The translations under genes and the position numbers were made by a program. Under the pieces are notes generated by a model, which was not told the DNA's origin, made no database searches, and was given only the letters and a program-made list of their open reading frames with translations. Shown here piece by piece: positions 51,814-64,000 of a stretch of 64,000 bases of DNA. Within the stretch, counting starts at the first letter, position 1; each line of letters opens with the position of its first letter. The DNA is taken from NCBI RefSeq assembly GCF_036365525.1, contig NW_027142325.1:310001-374000 (forward strand). The letters run 5' to 3'. The stretch is from Heterodontus francisci. Its lineage: Eukaryota.

Positions 51814-52029
51814 TGATGTTTTTCCTTCGCGTTACTAGCGTTTACGGGTGTGACGGGAGATTCTGCTGGAGGTCAGTCAGCTTTCAATAACTGATCTCAG
51901 AGTGAATCTGTGCTTTTACTGTCAGTCGATCAAAGTTACATGATGGAGCTGCAATGATTGTGAACAGTGCAATAAATAATTCTTTGTGTATGTACTTTGG
52001 CTCCTCCTTAGCATCGCCTTTTACTACAT

Positions 52030-55000
52030 TTCATAGAATCATACAGCACAGAAGGAGGCCATTCGGCCAATTGTGCCTGTACTACCTCCTTGAAAGAGAG
52101 TTCCAATTAGTTCGACTCAACTGCTCTTTCCCCATAACCCTGCAAAGTCTTCCCTTTCAAATATTTATCCAATTCCCTTTTGAAAGTTACTATTGAATCA
52201 GGCAGAACATTCCAGATCAGAACTCACTGTGTAAAAAATGTCTCCTCTTGTCACAGATCAGGCAGCATCTGTGGAGTGAGAAACAGAGTTAACATTACTA
52301 TTGAATCCGCTTCCACTGCCCTTTCAGGCAGTGCATTCCAGATCACAACAACTCGCTGTGTAAAATAACTGTCTCCTCATCTCACTTCTGCTTCTGGTTC
52401 TTTCTTAGCTCTGTGTCCTTTGGTCACTGAACACTTGAGAACCAATTTTGGGATGTGGTAGCCCTGGTAAGGCCAGCATTTATTGCCCATTCTAATATGA
52501 ATAGGAAGGGAATAGAGGTTTATGGGCCCCGGAAGTGCAGAAGGTGTTAGTTTCGGCAGGCATCAAGATCGGCGCAGGCTTGGAGGGCCGAATGGCCTGT
52601 TCCTGTGCTGTACTGTTCTTTTTTTTTAGAGATACAGCACTGAAACAGGCCCTTCGGCCCACCGAGTCTGTGCCGACCATCAACCACCCATTTTATACTA
52701 ATGCTACACTAATCCCATATTCCTACCACATCCCCACCTGTCCCTATATTTCCCTACCACCTACCTATACTAGGGGCAATTTATAATGGCCAATTTACCT
52801 ACCAACCTGCAAGTCTTTTGGCTGTGGGAGGAAACCGGAGCACCCGGAGAAAACCCACGCAGACACAGGGAGAACTTGCAAACTCCACACAGGCAGTACC
52901 CAGAATTGAACCCAGGTCGCTGGAGCTGTGAGGCTGCGGTGCTAACCACTGCGCCACTGTGCCGCCGCTCTTTGTACCCTTGAGAAGGTGGTGGTGGGTC
53001 ATGTGGGTTCTCTTGTTGAATCACTGCAGGCTGTGTGGTGATGGTCCTCCCACAATGCTGTCAGGGTAGGAGTTTGAGGAGTTTGACCCAGAGACAATGA
53101 AGGAACAACATTTGGATGGAGTGTGACTTAGAGGAGAACGTGGAAGTGATGGTGTTTCCATGTACCTCCTGCCCTTGTTCTTCTAGCTCGTGGCTTTGGG
53201 AGGTGCTGCTGAAGAAGCTTTGGTGAGTTGTCCATTCGATATTACACGTTGTAGCTACAATTTGCCAGTGATGGAGGGAGTGAATGTTTAACGAATGTAA
53301 TTGAGATAAATTTATATCCCATCAGGTCAGTATTTGATAGGACTGTGTAGAAGGAGCGCTACTCTCTATCGAACCCGTGCAGTACCTGCTGTGATGTTTG
53401 ATGGGACAGAGTACAGGAAGCTAGCTGTTCCGTGCAGTGCTATCGACGGATGTGGGTTAATCGTCATCCCCACACCCAATCTCCCCATGAATTAATTTAA
53501 AGTTTGCTGGACATTCTGATAACAATACTGAAAGCTAATGCAGCATCTTTCATTCTCACGTGATGCTGTGGTTTGCGCCTCTTGTTTGCCAACAGTTATA
53601 TCAATGCCACACCTCTGCTGTGAGGCCTATCTGGAACCTCTGTTGCTGCGTTTCTTGGAAAGCCTACCCAAACTGATCTTCAACATCGTCTAGAAAGAAC
53701 TGTTCTGGGAAGATCCCAGTGACAGCTGTCTGGATGCATTTGGGACTCCAAAACAAAGGACATCTTTCCATATCTTCTCTTTTTTTAGTTCATTCATTGG
53801 ATGTGGTGTCAAGCTTCTTGAGTGTTGTTGGAGCTGCACTCATCCAGGCAAATGGAGAGTATTCCATCACACTCCTGACTTGTGCCTTGTCGTTGGTGGA
53901 CAAGCTTTGGGGAGTCAGGAGGATTCCGAGCCTCTGACCTGCTCTTTTAGCCATGGTAGTTATATGGCCACTCCAGTTCAGTTTCTGGTCAATGATAACC
54001 CCAGATTGTTGATAGTGCGGGATTCAGCAATCGTAATGCCATTGAATGTCAACGGGAGATGTTGGAGGTCTCTGTTTTTGGAGATTGTAATTGCCTGGCG
54101 TTTGTGTGGTGGGAATGTTACTTGCCACTTATCAGCCCAAGCTTGGATATTGTCCAGGTTTTGCTGCATTTCTACACAGACTGCTTCAGTATCCGAGGAA
54201 TCGCGAATGGTGCTGAACATTGTGCATTCATCAGCAAGCATCCCAACTTCTGACCTTATGACTGAAGGAAGGTCATTGATGAAGCTGCTGAAGGTGGTTG
54301 GGCCTAGGACATTACCCTGCAGAACACATGCAGTGCTGTCCTGGGACTGAGATGCTTGACCTCCAACAACCGCAACCATCTTCCTTTGTGCTCGGTAGGA
54401 CTCCAGCTAGTGGAGAGTTCTCCCTCTGATTCCCGTTGACCTCAGTTTTGCTAGGGCTCCTTGATGCCATACCTGGTCAAATGCTGCCTTGATGTCAAGA
54501 GCAGTCACTCTCACCTCACCTCTGTAGTTCAGCTCTTTTGCCCATTTTTGAACCAAAAGGTCAGGAACTGAGTGACTCTGGCAGAACCTAAACTGAGCAT
54601 CAGTGAGCAGGTTATTGCGAAACAAGTGCCAATTGATAACACTGTCGACGACACCTTCCATTACTTTACTGATGATTAAGAGTAGACTGATAGGGTGGTA
54701 ATTAGCCGGGTTGGATTTGTCCTGATTTTCCTGTACAGGACATATCTGGGAAATTTTCCACATTGCAGGGTCGATGCCAGTGTTGAAGCTGTACTGGAAC
54801 AGTTTGGCTCGGGGCACGGCAAGTTCTGGAGAACAAGTCTTCAGTACTTTTGCCAGAATGTTGTCAGGTCCCGTAGCCTTTGCAGTATCCAGTGCCTTCA
54901 GTTGTTACTTGATATCACCTGGAGTGAATCAAATTGGCTGAAGACTGGCACCTATGATGCTGGGGACCTCAGGAAAAGGCTGAGATGTCTTTAGACTTAT

Positions 55001-56412
55001 CTTTTGCACTGATGTGTTGGGCTCCCCCATCATTGAGGATGGGATATTTGTGGAGCTACCTCCTCCACTTAGTTGTTTAATTGTCTGCCACCATTATTCA
55101 CGACTTGATGTGGCAGGACTGCAGAGCTTAGATCTGTTCTGTTGGTTGTGGGATTGCCTAGCTCTGTCTATCACATGCTGCTTACACTGTTTGGCACACG
55201 TAGTCCTGTAGTCCTGTGTTGTAGCTTCACCAGGTTGACACCTCATTTTGAGGTATGCCTGGCTCTCCACTCTACTTTGAACTTGCTATATGTGCATGCT
55301 AACTTTCTGCATTCCTTGTGCAAGTACATCCAAGTCTCTCTGAACATCAACATTTCAAAATTTCTCACCTTTTACAAAATATTCTGCATTTCAGTTCTTA
55401 CTACCAAAGTGAATAACCTCACCCTTCCCCACTTTGTACTCCATCTGCCACCTTGTTGCCCACTCACTTTACCTGTCCATATCTCTTTGCGGCCTCATCC
55501 TCACAGCTTGCATTGCCAGCTAGCTTTGTACCATCACCAAACTTAGATACATTGCTCTCAGTCTCGTAATCTAAGTCATTAATATAAATTGTAAATAGCT
55601 GAGGCCCTAGCACTGATCCTTTTGGCACTCCACTAGTTACAGTCTGCCAACTTGAAACTGCCCTGTTGATCCCTGCTCTCTGCTTTCTGTCTGTTAACCA
55701 ATCATCTGCCATGCTAATATTACCCCCAACTCCATGCAGCTTTATCTCATGTATTAGCTCTTTGTGTGGCAACTTATTGAATGCCTTTTGGAAATACAAG
55801 AATACTACACCTACCATCTAACCCCGATAATCTTCGATTCCCTTGCCTAACAAGAATCTATCTACCCCCGCCTTAAACTTATTCAATGACCCTGCCTCTA
55901 CCACCTTCTGAGGCAGAGAGTTCCAAAGTCGCACAACCCTCAGAGAAAATATTTCTCCTCATCTCTGTCCTAAAAGGGTGACTCCTAAATTTAAAACAGT
56001 TCCCCCCTAGTTCTGGACACAAGAGGAAACATCCTTTCTACACCCACCTTGTCAAGATCATTCTGGATCTTATATACTTCAATCACGTCTCCCCTCACTC
56101 TTCTAAACTCCATTGAAAACAAGCCCAGTCTGTCCAACCTTTCCTCATAAGACAACCTACTCATTCCAGATATCTATTTTGTAAATCTCCTCTGAACCAC
56201 CTCCAACGCATTCACATCCTTCCTTAAATAAGGAGACCAAAACTGCATACAGTTTTCTCGATATGGTCTCACCAATGCCCTGTGTAACTGAAGCGTAACA
56301 TCCTTACTTTTATTTTCAATTTCTCTCGTAATAAAGGATAGCATTTCATTAGCCTTCTTTATTACTTGCTGTACCTGTGTACTAACGTTTTGTGATTCAT
56401 GCACGAGAATAC
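52030..56412 (-). mobile_element. Patchwork of CR1-superfamily LINE fragments (mostly minus; a short + HER1 tail at 52493-52620)
   Basis: ALDIKAAFDQVWH, VLGPTTFSSFINDL (53800-55260); [13 protein letters not shown] (55464-55817); LVRPY..CMQFWSP (56174-56412). Confidence 0.8.
52620..52966 (-). mobile_element. HE1-type SINE, full length
   Basis: Reverse of ggcggcacagtggcgcagtggttagcaccgcagcctcacagctccagcgacc; poly-T/A tail. Confidence 0.88.
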
Positions 56413-57530
56413 TGTCAGGCAAACCCCACCTGCCCCTCCACCCTCACCTGCCAAGACTGAGGCACACATTATTCTGCCACATGAACATTAAAACTTAAAA
56501 TTGCAAGCTCCTGACTGGAAAGACATTTGCACGATAACAGATAGTGTTGGAACAAGAGACAAAGGACCATGCCCTGACCCATTCAACCAACAATGGACTT
56601 TTGATTACCAGATGTTGATGGTGAGGGGAGCTCGCATTCCAGGTGCTAAGATAGCAGAATCCACAAATGCAGAAGTGGTCAGACCAGTTTTAGTCACATG
56701 ATTAGCTGGCTGTTGAAATTTGAACTTCCAACAAAGGATTTGAACTCTGAAGGCTGTTAGCTCCTGGACTAAAAAGACATGTCTGCCTGTCCATCTCCTT
56801 CCCATGGAACTGAATCTTGTGAAAACATGTGAACCACAAACTTTTCTTCTCTTTTCTGCCCCTATCTGCATGTGTATGTCGCATGTGCATGCTAGCCTGG
56901 GCGCATCGTATATCCATAGGCGTGAACTTTATTAGAGATTAAGTAAGTTTAATAAATTTCACTTTTCTTCTTTAAGCCAAAGAAAGCCTGTTTGTGCTCA
57001 TTTCTTTGCCTTATAATTGGAAAGTTGTGAACAAGGATTCACAAAAGGGGAGCTCAAAACAGAGTGTGTTTAAAATTCAACCCTGTTACAATAAGACCAG
57101 GTGAAGATAGTAACAGACCTCTAGACATCTTTCTCACCTGGTCGTAACAGAAATTGGGTGCTAGCATCAGGAATTTTACCCACAGACGAACGAGTGAAAT
57201 TGGAAGTGAGAAGCCAAATTTTTCCCAATCAAAACGAGCAAAGATCAATACAGGTTTTCTTGTGATTGTGTGCTATTGAATATTAACATGTCTGCAACTG
57301 AAGTGAGTAGCTCTCCAAGCCAGGGTAAAGTAATTTGCGATAGGTTAAAAGCACTGTCTATGAAGGAGTTGAGGAAAATGGCCGAGCAGTGTGGAATCAC
57401 AGTAGGTGGCAAGGATAGGAAGCCTGAACTCCTAAGGCTAGTGGCCCACCATTTTTCTCTCGAATTAGGAGATGCAGAAGCAGTGTTAGAAACAGAATCT
57501 GACAGGGTATTGTTTGCAAAGATACAATTG

Positions 57531-57897
57531 TTTAGTTTAGTTTAGAGATACAGCACTGAAACAGGCCCTTCGGCCCACCGAGTCTGTGCCGACCATCAAC
57601 GACCCATTTAAACTAATCCTATTCCTACCACATCCTCACCTGTCCCTATGCTTCCCTACCACCTACCTATACTGGGTAGCAAACTGGCAAGCAATTTATA
57701 ATGGCCAATTTACCTATCAACCTGCAAGTCTTTGGCATGTGGGAGGAAACCGGAGCACCCGGAGGAAACCCACGCAGACACAGGGAGAACTTGCAAACTC
57801 CACACAGGCAGTACCCAGAATTGAACCCGGGTCACTGGAGCTGTGAGGCTGCGGTGCTAACCACTGCACCACTAACCACTGCGCCACTGTGCCGCCC
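57531..57897 (-). mobile_element. HE1-type SINE inserted in gag
   Basis: (tttag)n tail, tRNA head with internal duplication ctaaccactgc; ttg duplicated at the insertion site. Confidence 0.88.
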
Positions 57898-59719
57898 TTG
57901 GACCAGAGGAGACTTGAATTTGAGGAAAGGGAGAGAAAGAAAGAGAGAGCCTTTCAGAAGGAATGTGAAGAAATAGAGAGAGAGGCAAGAGAGAAAGAAA
58001 GACAGGAGAAGAAATGAGGAAGAGAGAGAGAGAGAGCGAGAGAGAAAGAATATTCCGGAAAGAATCCGAAGAAAGAGAGTTGAAGCGGCTTGAGTGATGG
58101 AGTAACCCCAGTGAAAGAATGGCCAATATGGAGGAGCATATTTCAGGGCTGGGTACAGGATTGCTAAAACGCATTCAGTTAATTCCACAATTCAATGAGG
58201 AAGATGTGGAAGTATTTTTTGTGTCGTTTGAGAAACTGGCAAGTGAACTAAAATGGCCATCTGAGACCTGGTCTCTCTTATCGCAAAGCAAACTAACTGG
58301 AAAAGCCCATGAGGTTTATTCCTTGTTGCCAGATGAGAGTTCATTAAATTATGAAGTGACCAAAAATGCTATCCTCTGGTCATATGAATTAGTACCCGAA
58401 GCCTTTCGCCAAAAGTTTAGAACCCTCAAAAAGCAAGCCAATCAAACTTATCTGGAGTTTGAAAGAAGCAAGCAGCTGGCTTTTGACCAATGGCTGAGTT
58501 CTTTAAAAATCCAGCTCAGCTATGAGACTCTCAGAGAAGTAATCCAGTTAGAGGAATTTAAAAACTCTCTCCCATTCTCAATAAAGACCCATGTAGAGGA
58601 GCAGTGGGTTCAGAGAGCCCGGCAAGCGGCCGTTCTGACCGATGAGTTTGCTTTAATTTATAAGTCGGTTTCCCAGGGAGAACCTTTCTTAATCACCCCC
58701 ACAAATCCGAAAAGGACAAAGGGTGGGAAGGTGATAGAAGCCCAGACAGTCCTGGGAGAGAAAGGAAAGCAGGAGACACAGGGGGCCCTCCTCCAGCAAA
58801 AAAGGAAGGTGCAGTGAGCAAGAGTGAGACCCGAAGATCTGTGTGCTTCCATTGTAATAAAGCAGGGCATTTAAACGCTGACTGCTGGAAACTAAAGGGG
58901 AAACCGGGAGGGTTAATCAGGGCACATCCACTCAATGACCTGATGCAAAGCACAGCAGAACAAGCTGTGGCTTTTACGAAAGACCAACCCCCGCATAAGA
59001 CAGCAGTTTGACTGGCCAAAACTCCACAAAGAGGTGGTGGAGTACTGCAAGAATTGCCACATGTTCCAGGTTGAGGGGAAACCCCAAGCTACAGTGAAAC
59101 CTGCAGCCCTAAATCCTGTACTGGTGTTAGGAGGACCCACCAGCAGAGGGCTGGTGAACTGTAAGGGACCCCAAATGAGAACAAAAGGAGGCAGGAAGGC
59201 ACACGGCTGGCAAAAGTTTAGAAAGAGAAAGGGAAAAAGTGACCAACAGGGCAGGTTAAAGGAAGTCCAGGAAGAATCCTGGATGAAAACCTCTGCTGTC
59301 TGGTCAACCAACCCCGATAAATGTGAATGACTAGACCCCACAACCTCCTATGTAAATGTAGATTCCAGAAGCACCCCACCAGCACTGCTAACAGCATTTA
59401 CAGGAACCTGTAGAGACCAAAAGACCTCTAGGGGGCACAGAAACCGTGAGGGTGATGCCTCATCTCGTCGAAGTGACACAGGCGAGTGCAGTTAAGTCTG
59501 CAGAAATACCTGCAGGTAGGAGTGTCCCCAGAGAACAAAGGAGAGAGTAACAAAGGCTCCTCCCCCACAGTCAGAGGAAAAGGGAACCACCCATCCCCTG
59601 AAGTCAAAAGTCTTTGCAAGACTCAGATAATTCAGGATTGACCCGCCCACAACTAACTCTCCTGAGAAAAAAAGGGGGAAATTAAAACAGCCCTGGCATC
59701 CAGTAAAGACCATTTTTAT

Positions 59720-61135
59720 TAGTCATAGAGTCTTACAGCATAGAAACAGGCTCTTAGGCCCACCGCGTCCATGCCGACCATAATGCCTATCTATACTAAT
59801 CCCACCTGCCTGCATTAATTCCATATCACTCTATGCCTCGCTCATTCAAGTACCTGTCCAGATGCCTCTTAAATGTCGCTACTGTTCCTGCCTCCACCAC
59901 CTCCTCAGGCAGCTCATTCCAGATACCCACTATTCTTTGTGTGAAATATTTACCCCTTTGATCCCCTTTAAACCTCCTCCCTCTCACCTTAAATCTATGC
60001 CCTCCAGTTGTCAGTCACCCCTACCATGGGAAACAGACTCTGGCTATCTACCCTATCTATGCCTCTCATAATTTTATATACCTCTATCATGTTCCCTCTC
60101 AGCCTCCTTCGCTCCAGGGAAAACAGACACAGCCTGTCCAATCTCTCTTTATAATTCAAGCCCTCCAAACTTGGCAACATCTTTGTGAATCTTTTCTGCA
60201 CCCTCTCTAGCTGAATCACATCTTTCCTGTAGTGCGGCGACCAGAACTGCACACAGTACTCCAAATGCGGCCTAACCAACGTTATGTACAACTGTAACAT
60301 GACGTCCCAACTCTTGTACTCAATGCCTCGGCCGATGAAGGCAAGCATGCCATACGCCTTCTTCACCACCCTGTCTACCTGTGTTGCCACTTTCAGGGAA
60401 CTATGTACTTGCACCCCAAGGTCTCTCTGCTCAACAACACTCCTCAGGGCCCTGCCATTCACTGTATATGTCCTGCCCTGGTTTAACTTCCCAAAATACA
60501 TCACTTCACACTTGTCTGCATTAAATTCCATTTGCCACTCCCTTGCCCTCTTTCCCAGTTGGTCTATATCCTGTTGTAACCTTAGACAACCTTCTTCACT
60601 GTCCACTACTCACCAATTTTGGTGTCATCTGCAAACTTACTAATCATGCCCCCTACATTCACATCCAAATCATTAATATATATGACAAACAACAGAGGGC
60701 CCCGCACCGATCCTTGCGGCACACCACTGGTCATCGGCCTCCAATCTGAAAAACAACCCTCCACTACCACCCTCTGCCTCCTATCACTAAGCCAATTTTG
60801 TATCCAATTTGCTAGCTCACCCTGGATCCCATGCGGGACCTTGTCAAAGGCCTTGCTAAAGTCCATGTGGATAACGTCCATCGCCCTGCCCTCGTCAATC
60901 CTCTTGGTCACCTCCTTGAAAAACTCAATCAAATTCGTGAGACATGATTTCCCACACACAAAGCCATGCTGACTATCCCTAATCAGACCATGCCTTTCCA
61001 GATGCATATAAATCCTGTCTCTCAGAATCCCTTCCAATAACTTTCCCACCACTGATGTAAGGCTCACCGGCCTGTAGTTCCCTGGTTTATCCCTGCTGCC
61101 CTTCTTAAATAAAGGCACAACATTAGCTATCCTAA
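59720..61135 (-). mobile_element. HER1/CR1 ORF2 3' portion
   Basis: [34 protein letters not shown]. Confidence 0.92.
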
Positions 61136-61429
61136 TAGCCTAATTAACTATCCTAATTGACTATCCTATTAACTATAGGCTTTAAGAAGGGATATGAATG
61201 AGAGAAATGCATGGTTTTTCTTTCTGTATCTTATATTTCTCTCAAACCCTGCCATTTTTGTTCAAATCACACTTCATTCCCCTGGATGTGGAGGTGTCAG
61301 GCAAGCCCACCCACCACCTCCCCCACCCCCCCCCCCCCCACCCCCACCCCATCCTCCCCACCCACCTGCAAGAATGAGGAAAATTAATTCTGCCACATGA
61401 ACATTGATTTTAAACTATTGCTGGTGAAT

Positions 61430-62050
61430 CAAGTGCAGGGGGCAGCGTACCATCCTGGAATCACGTCTGCGACTACAGAAACGCCTGTTTGTTCCCCTAA
61501 CTATAGAATCCCCAGTTGCTATTGCTTTTCTGATCTTCCTCCCCACCCCTGTACAGATGAGCCACCCTTTGGGCCATGGTCTTGGTACTGGCTGTACTTC
61601 CCCGATGGACCATTGGCCTCACCAGTATTCGGAACTGGACACTGGTTGGAGATCAAGATGCTCTCAGCAGATTCGTGCAATACCTGCTGCATCCTCCTTG
61701 TCCATCTGGCTGTTGCCCAATCGTTGCTACCTTCTCTCTCCTAAGCTGTGGGGCGACTGCATCCAGAAACGTGCTTTCCTCAAAACTCACAGTCTAGCAA
61801 AACAGCACGCTGACGGGAGCTGCTTTTCCAGCTCTGAAATTCAGAGCTCGAGCTCCTCCAGCTGATGACCCTTGCTGCACATGTGATTGTCCAGGACAGG
61901 AGAAGAGTCCTGCAGTTCCCACATGGAACAGGATGAGCATTTCATGGGACTGAGGTGCACTACCATGTCTTTCTTTATTGTACTATTAACTAACTTATCA
62001 GAAATAAATATAAGACCAAAAGAAATAGTCACCAGCTACTCACTGATCAG
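61430..62050 (-). mobile_element. Decayed CR1 ORF1 fragment
   Basis: CSSCSMWE...HMCSKGHQLEELEL zinc-finger/leucine-zipper start. Confidence 0.7.
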
Positions 62051-62104
62051 CTTATTCTCTTATGCTGATGTTGCTTTAGGTTTTTTGTAACTCGCTCCCA
62101 GACA

Positions 62105-64000
62105 CTCACTCTCCCCAGAGTGGGAGCATTATATATTTGGGCAGTGGCTGAACCCGAGACACTACACATGTAGTGTCTCCCACCCGCCCTCCTCCTCTAA
62201 CCAAAAAAAAAGGACTCTGGTGTGTTGATAAGGTAAGCTTTTTTATTTCTTCTGTATTGTGTGATTGGTTAAAAATCTACTTTCTTTTTTTGATTTATCT
62301 ATTAATTGGTTATTTGAAAAAGACCATAGCAGAGAAGTATCAGAAAGTATTTAACTCATAAATTTATATAAAGTAATAAAGTAATTAACTAAGTAGAAAT
62401 GGCTGGGCAGGTGATGTGCTGTAGCTGTATGATGTGGGAGCTGGCTGTCCCCATTGTGAACGGCAGGGACCACATCTGCAGCAAGTGTTGGTTGCTGGAA
62501 GAACTCCGGCTCAGAGTTGATGATCTGGAATCTGAGCTTCAAACACTACGGCACATCCGGGAGGGGGAGAGTTACCTGGACGTTTTGTTTCAGGAGGCAG
62601 TCACACCTGGTAGATTAAGTAATTCAAATTCAGTTAGTGATCAGGGACAACAGGGTGTGATTGCAAGTGAGGCAGGTAGGGGGATCCTGAGTTCAGGAGT
62701 GGAGGAGCCTCAGCCTTTGACCTTATCCAACAGGTACGAGATACTTGCTCCCTGTCTGGATGAGGAAAAGGGCTGCGGGGAGGATGAGCCAACTGACCAT
62801 GGCACCATGGTGCAGAAGGCCATTCAAGAGGGGGGAGCAAAAAGACAAGTGGTAGTTTTTGGAGATTCTATAATTAGGGGGATAGATAGTATCCTTTGCA
62901 AGCCGGATCGGGAGTCCCGCATGGTGTGTTGCCTGCCCGGTGCCAGGGTGCAGGACATCTCTGACCGGCTTGAAAGGATATTGGAGCGGGAGGGGGAGGA
63001 TCCAGTTGTTGTGGTCCACATTGGGACTAACAACATAGGCAAGGCTAGGATGGAGGACCTGTTTGGGGATTATAAAGCACTGGGAGCGAAATTAAGGAAC
63101 AGGTCCTCGAGGGTCATAATTTCCGGATTACTGCCCGAGCCACGTGCAAATTGGCTTAGGGATAAGAATACTAGGGAAGTAAACAGGTGGCTAAGGGAGT
63201 GGTGTGGGAAAGAGGGGTTCCATTTCATGGGGCATTGGCATCAGTTTTGGAACCGGGGGGGATCTGTACCGATGGGACGGTCTCCACTTGAACTGATCTG
63301 GAACCAGTGTTCTAGTGAAACGGATAAATAGGGTGGTCTCTAGGACTTTAAACTAGTGACTCAGGGGGCAGGGAAAGGGAAAACGACAGGGAGTATGATG
63401 GTAAATAAAAAGGTAAGCAGCAGGTTAACGTGTGCAGGAGGGTTTAAGTTCAAGGCAGACTATGAAAGAAGCAGAAAGGAAGGATAACTCAGGAGTTATT
63501 ATTAGAGATGTTGGAAATCATGAGGGTAAGAAAGCTAGCATAAAGGCACTTTACCTGAATGCTCGTAGCATTCGTAACAAGGTTGATGAGTTAACGGCAC
63601 AAATCATCACGAATAAATATGATTTGGTAGCCATTACGGAGACATGGTTACAGGTTGGTCACGACTGGGAGTTAAATATCCAGGCGTACCAGACTATTCG
63701 GAAGGACAGACAGGAAGGTAAGGGAGGTGGTGTAGCTCTGATATTCAAGGACGACATCAGGGCAGTGCTGAGAGATGATATAGGTTCTATGGAGAATGAG
63801 GTTGAATCAATTTGGGTGGAAATTAGAAACTCTAAGAAGAAAAAGTCATTGATAGGCGTAGTCTATAGGCCACCAAATAATATCACATTGGGGCGGGCAA
63901 TAAACAAAGAAATAACTAATGCCTGTAAAAATGGTACGGCAATTATCATGGGGGATTTTAATCTACATGTAGATTGGTCGAACCAGCTCAGTCAGGGTAG
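62105..64000 (+). mobile_element. 5' end of a young, probably full-length CR1 LINE: 5' UTR, ORF1 (62399-~63350) and start of ORF2 APE endonuclease
   Basis: ORF1 CCSC..CSKC zinc finger, leucine zipper, GDS/HIGTNN SGNH esterase, with a frameshift in the G-run near 63255. ORF2 YLNARSIRNK...AITETWL...GGGV...YRPP...MGDFN runs off the window. Confidence 0.92.

Larger units (their letters stand above)
56413..61425 (+). mobile_element. Gmr1-like LTR element C, internally deleted (5' LTR 56413-57149, SCAN-gag, CCHC, integrase scrap, partial 3' LTR from 61295)
   Basis: tgtcaggc...gtcgtaaca then degenerate PBS; YELVPEAFRQKFR...LREVIQLEEF; CFHCNKAGHLNADC; EVVEYCKNCHMFQ; second tgtcaggcaa at 61295 preceded by a purine-rich stretch. 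Confidence 0.85.

Noticed and set aside
52900-52966. tRNA genes
   Set aside because: The A/B-box tRNA-like sequences here and elsewhere are SINE heads with SINE bodies and tails.
58119-58817. Host SCAN-domain/ZSCAN gene
   Set aside because: Lies between an LTR/PBS and a CCHC knuckle, with frameshifts, a SINE insertion and no C2H2 array; it is retrotransposon gag.
62399-63331. Host SGNH esterase gene
   Set aside because: Zinc finger-zipper-esterase followed by an APE endonuclease is CR1 ORF1.

Overview
Vertebrate genomic DNA, almost certainly from a shark or other elasmobranch (HE1-type SINEs, CR1/HER1 LINEs, Deu-domain and LF-type SINEs). Most of the window is nested, decayed transposable elements: CR1-superfamily LINEs, two RTE LINEs, several Gmr1-like (SCAN-gag) Ty3/Gypsy LTR elements and solo LTRs, MITEs, a Harbinger remnant and minisatellites. 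Inside it is a multi-exon + strand immunoglobulin-superfamily receptor gene that can be spliced in frame by eye. It has V-set exon 1 (27221-27604), strongly Siglec-15-like with the sialic-acid-binding Arg; a second V-set exon (28917-29267) lacking that Arg; a transmembrane exon with an intramembrane Lys (41433-41532); and a probable tiny tail exon (44499-44514). This predicts a V-V-TM(K) short-tail activating receptor, unlike canonical V-C2 Siglec-15. No leader exon was found for it. A probable promoter and leader exon of a further gene (49172-49277) lies in a locally duplicated block. That block also holds a ~71-nt pre-miRNA-like hairpin present in only one duplicate. Family assignments are from recalled motifs, not database searches.
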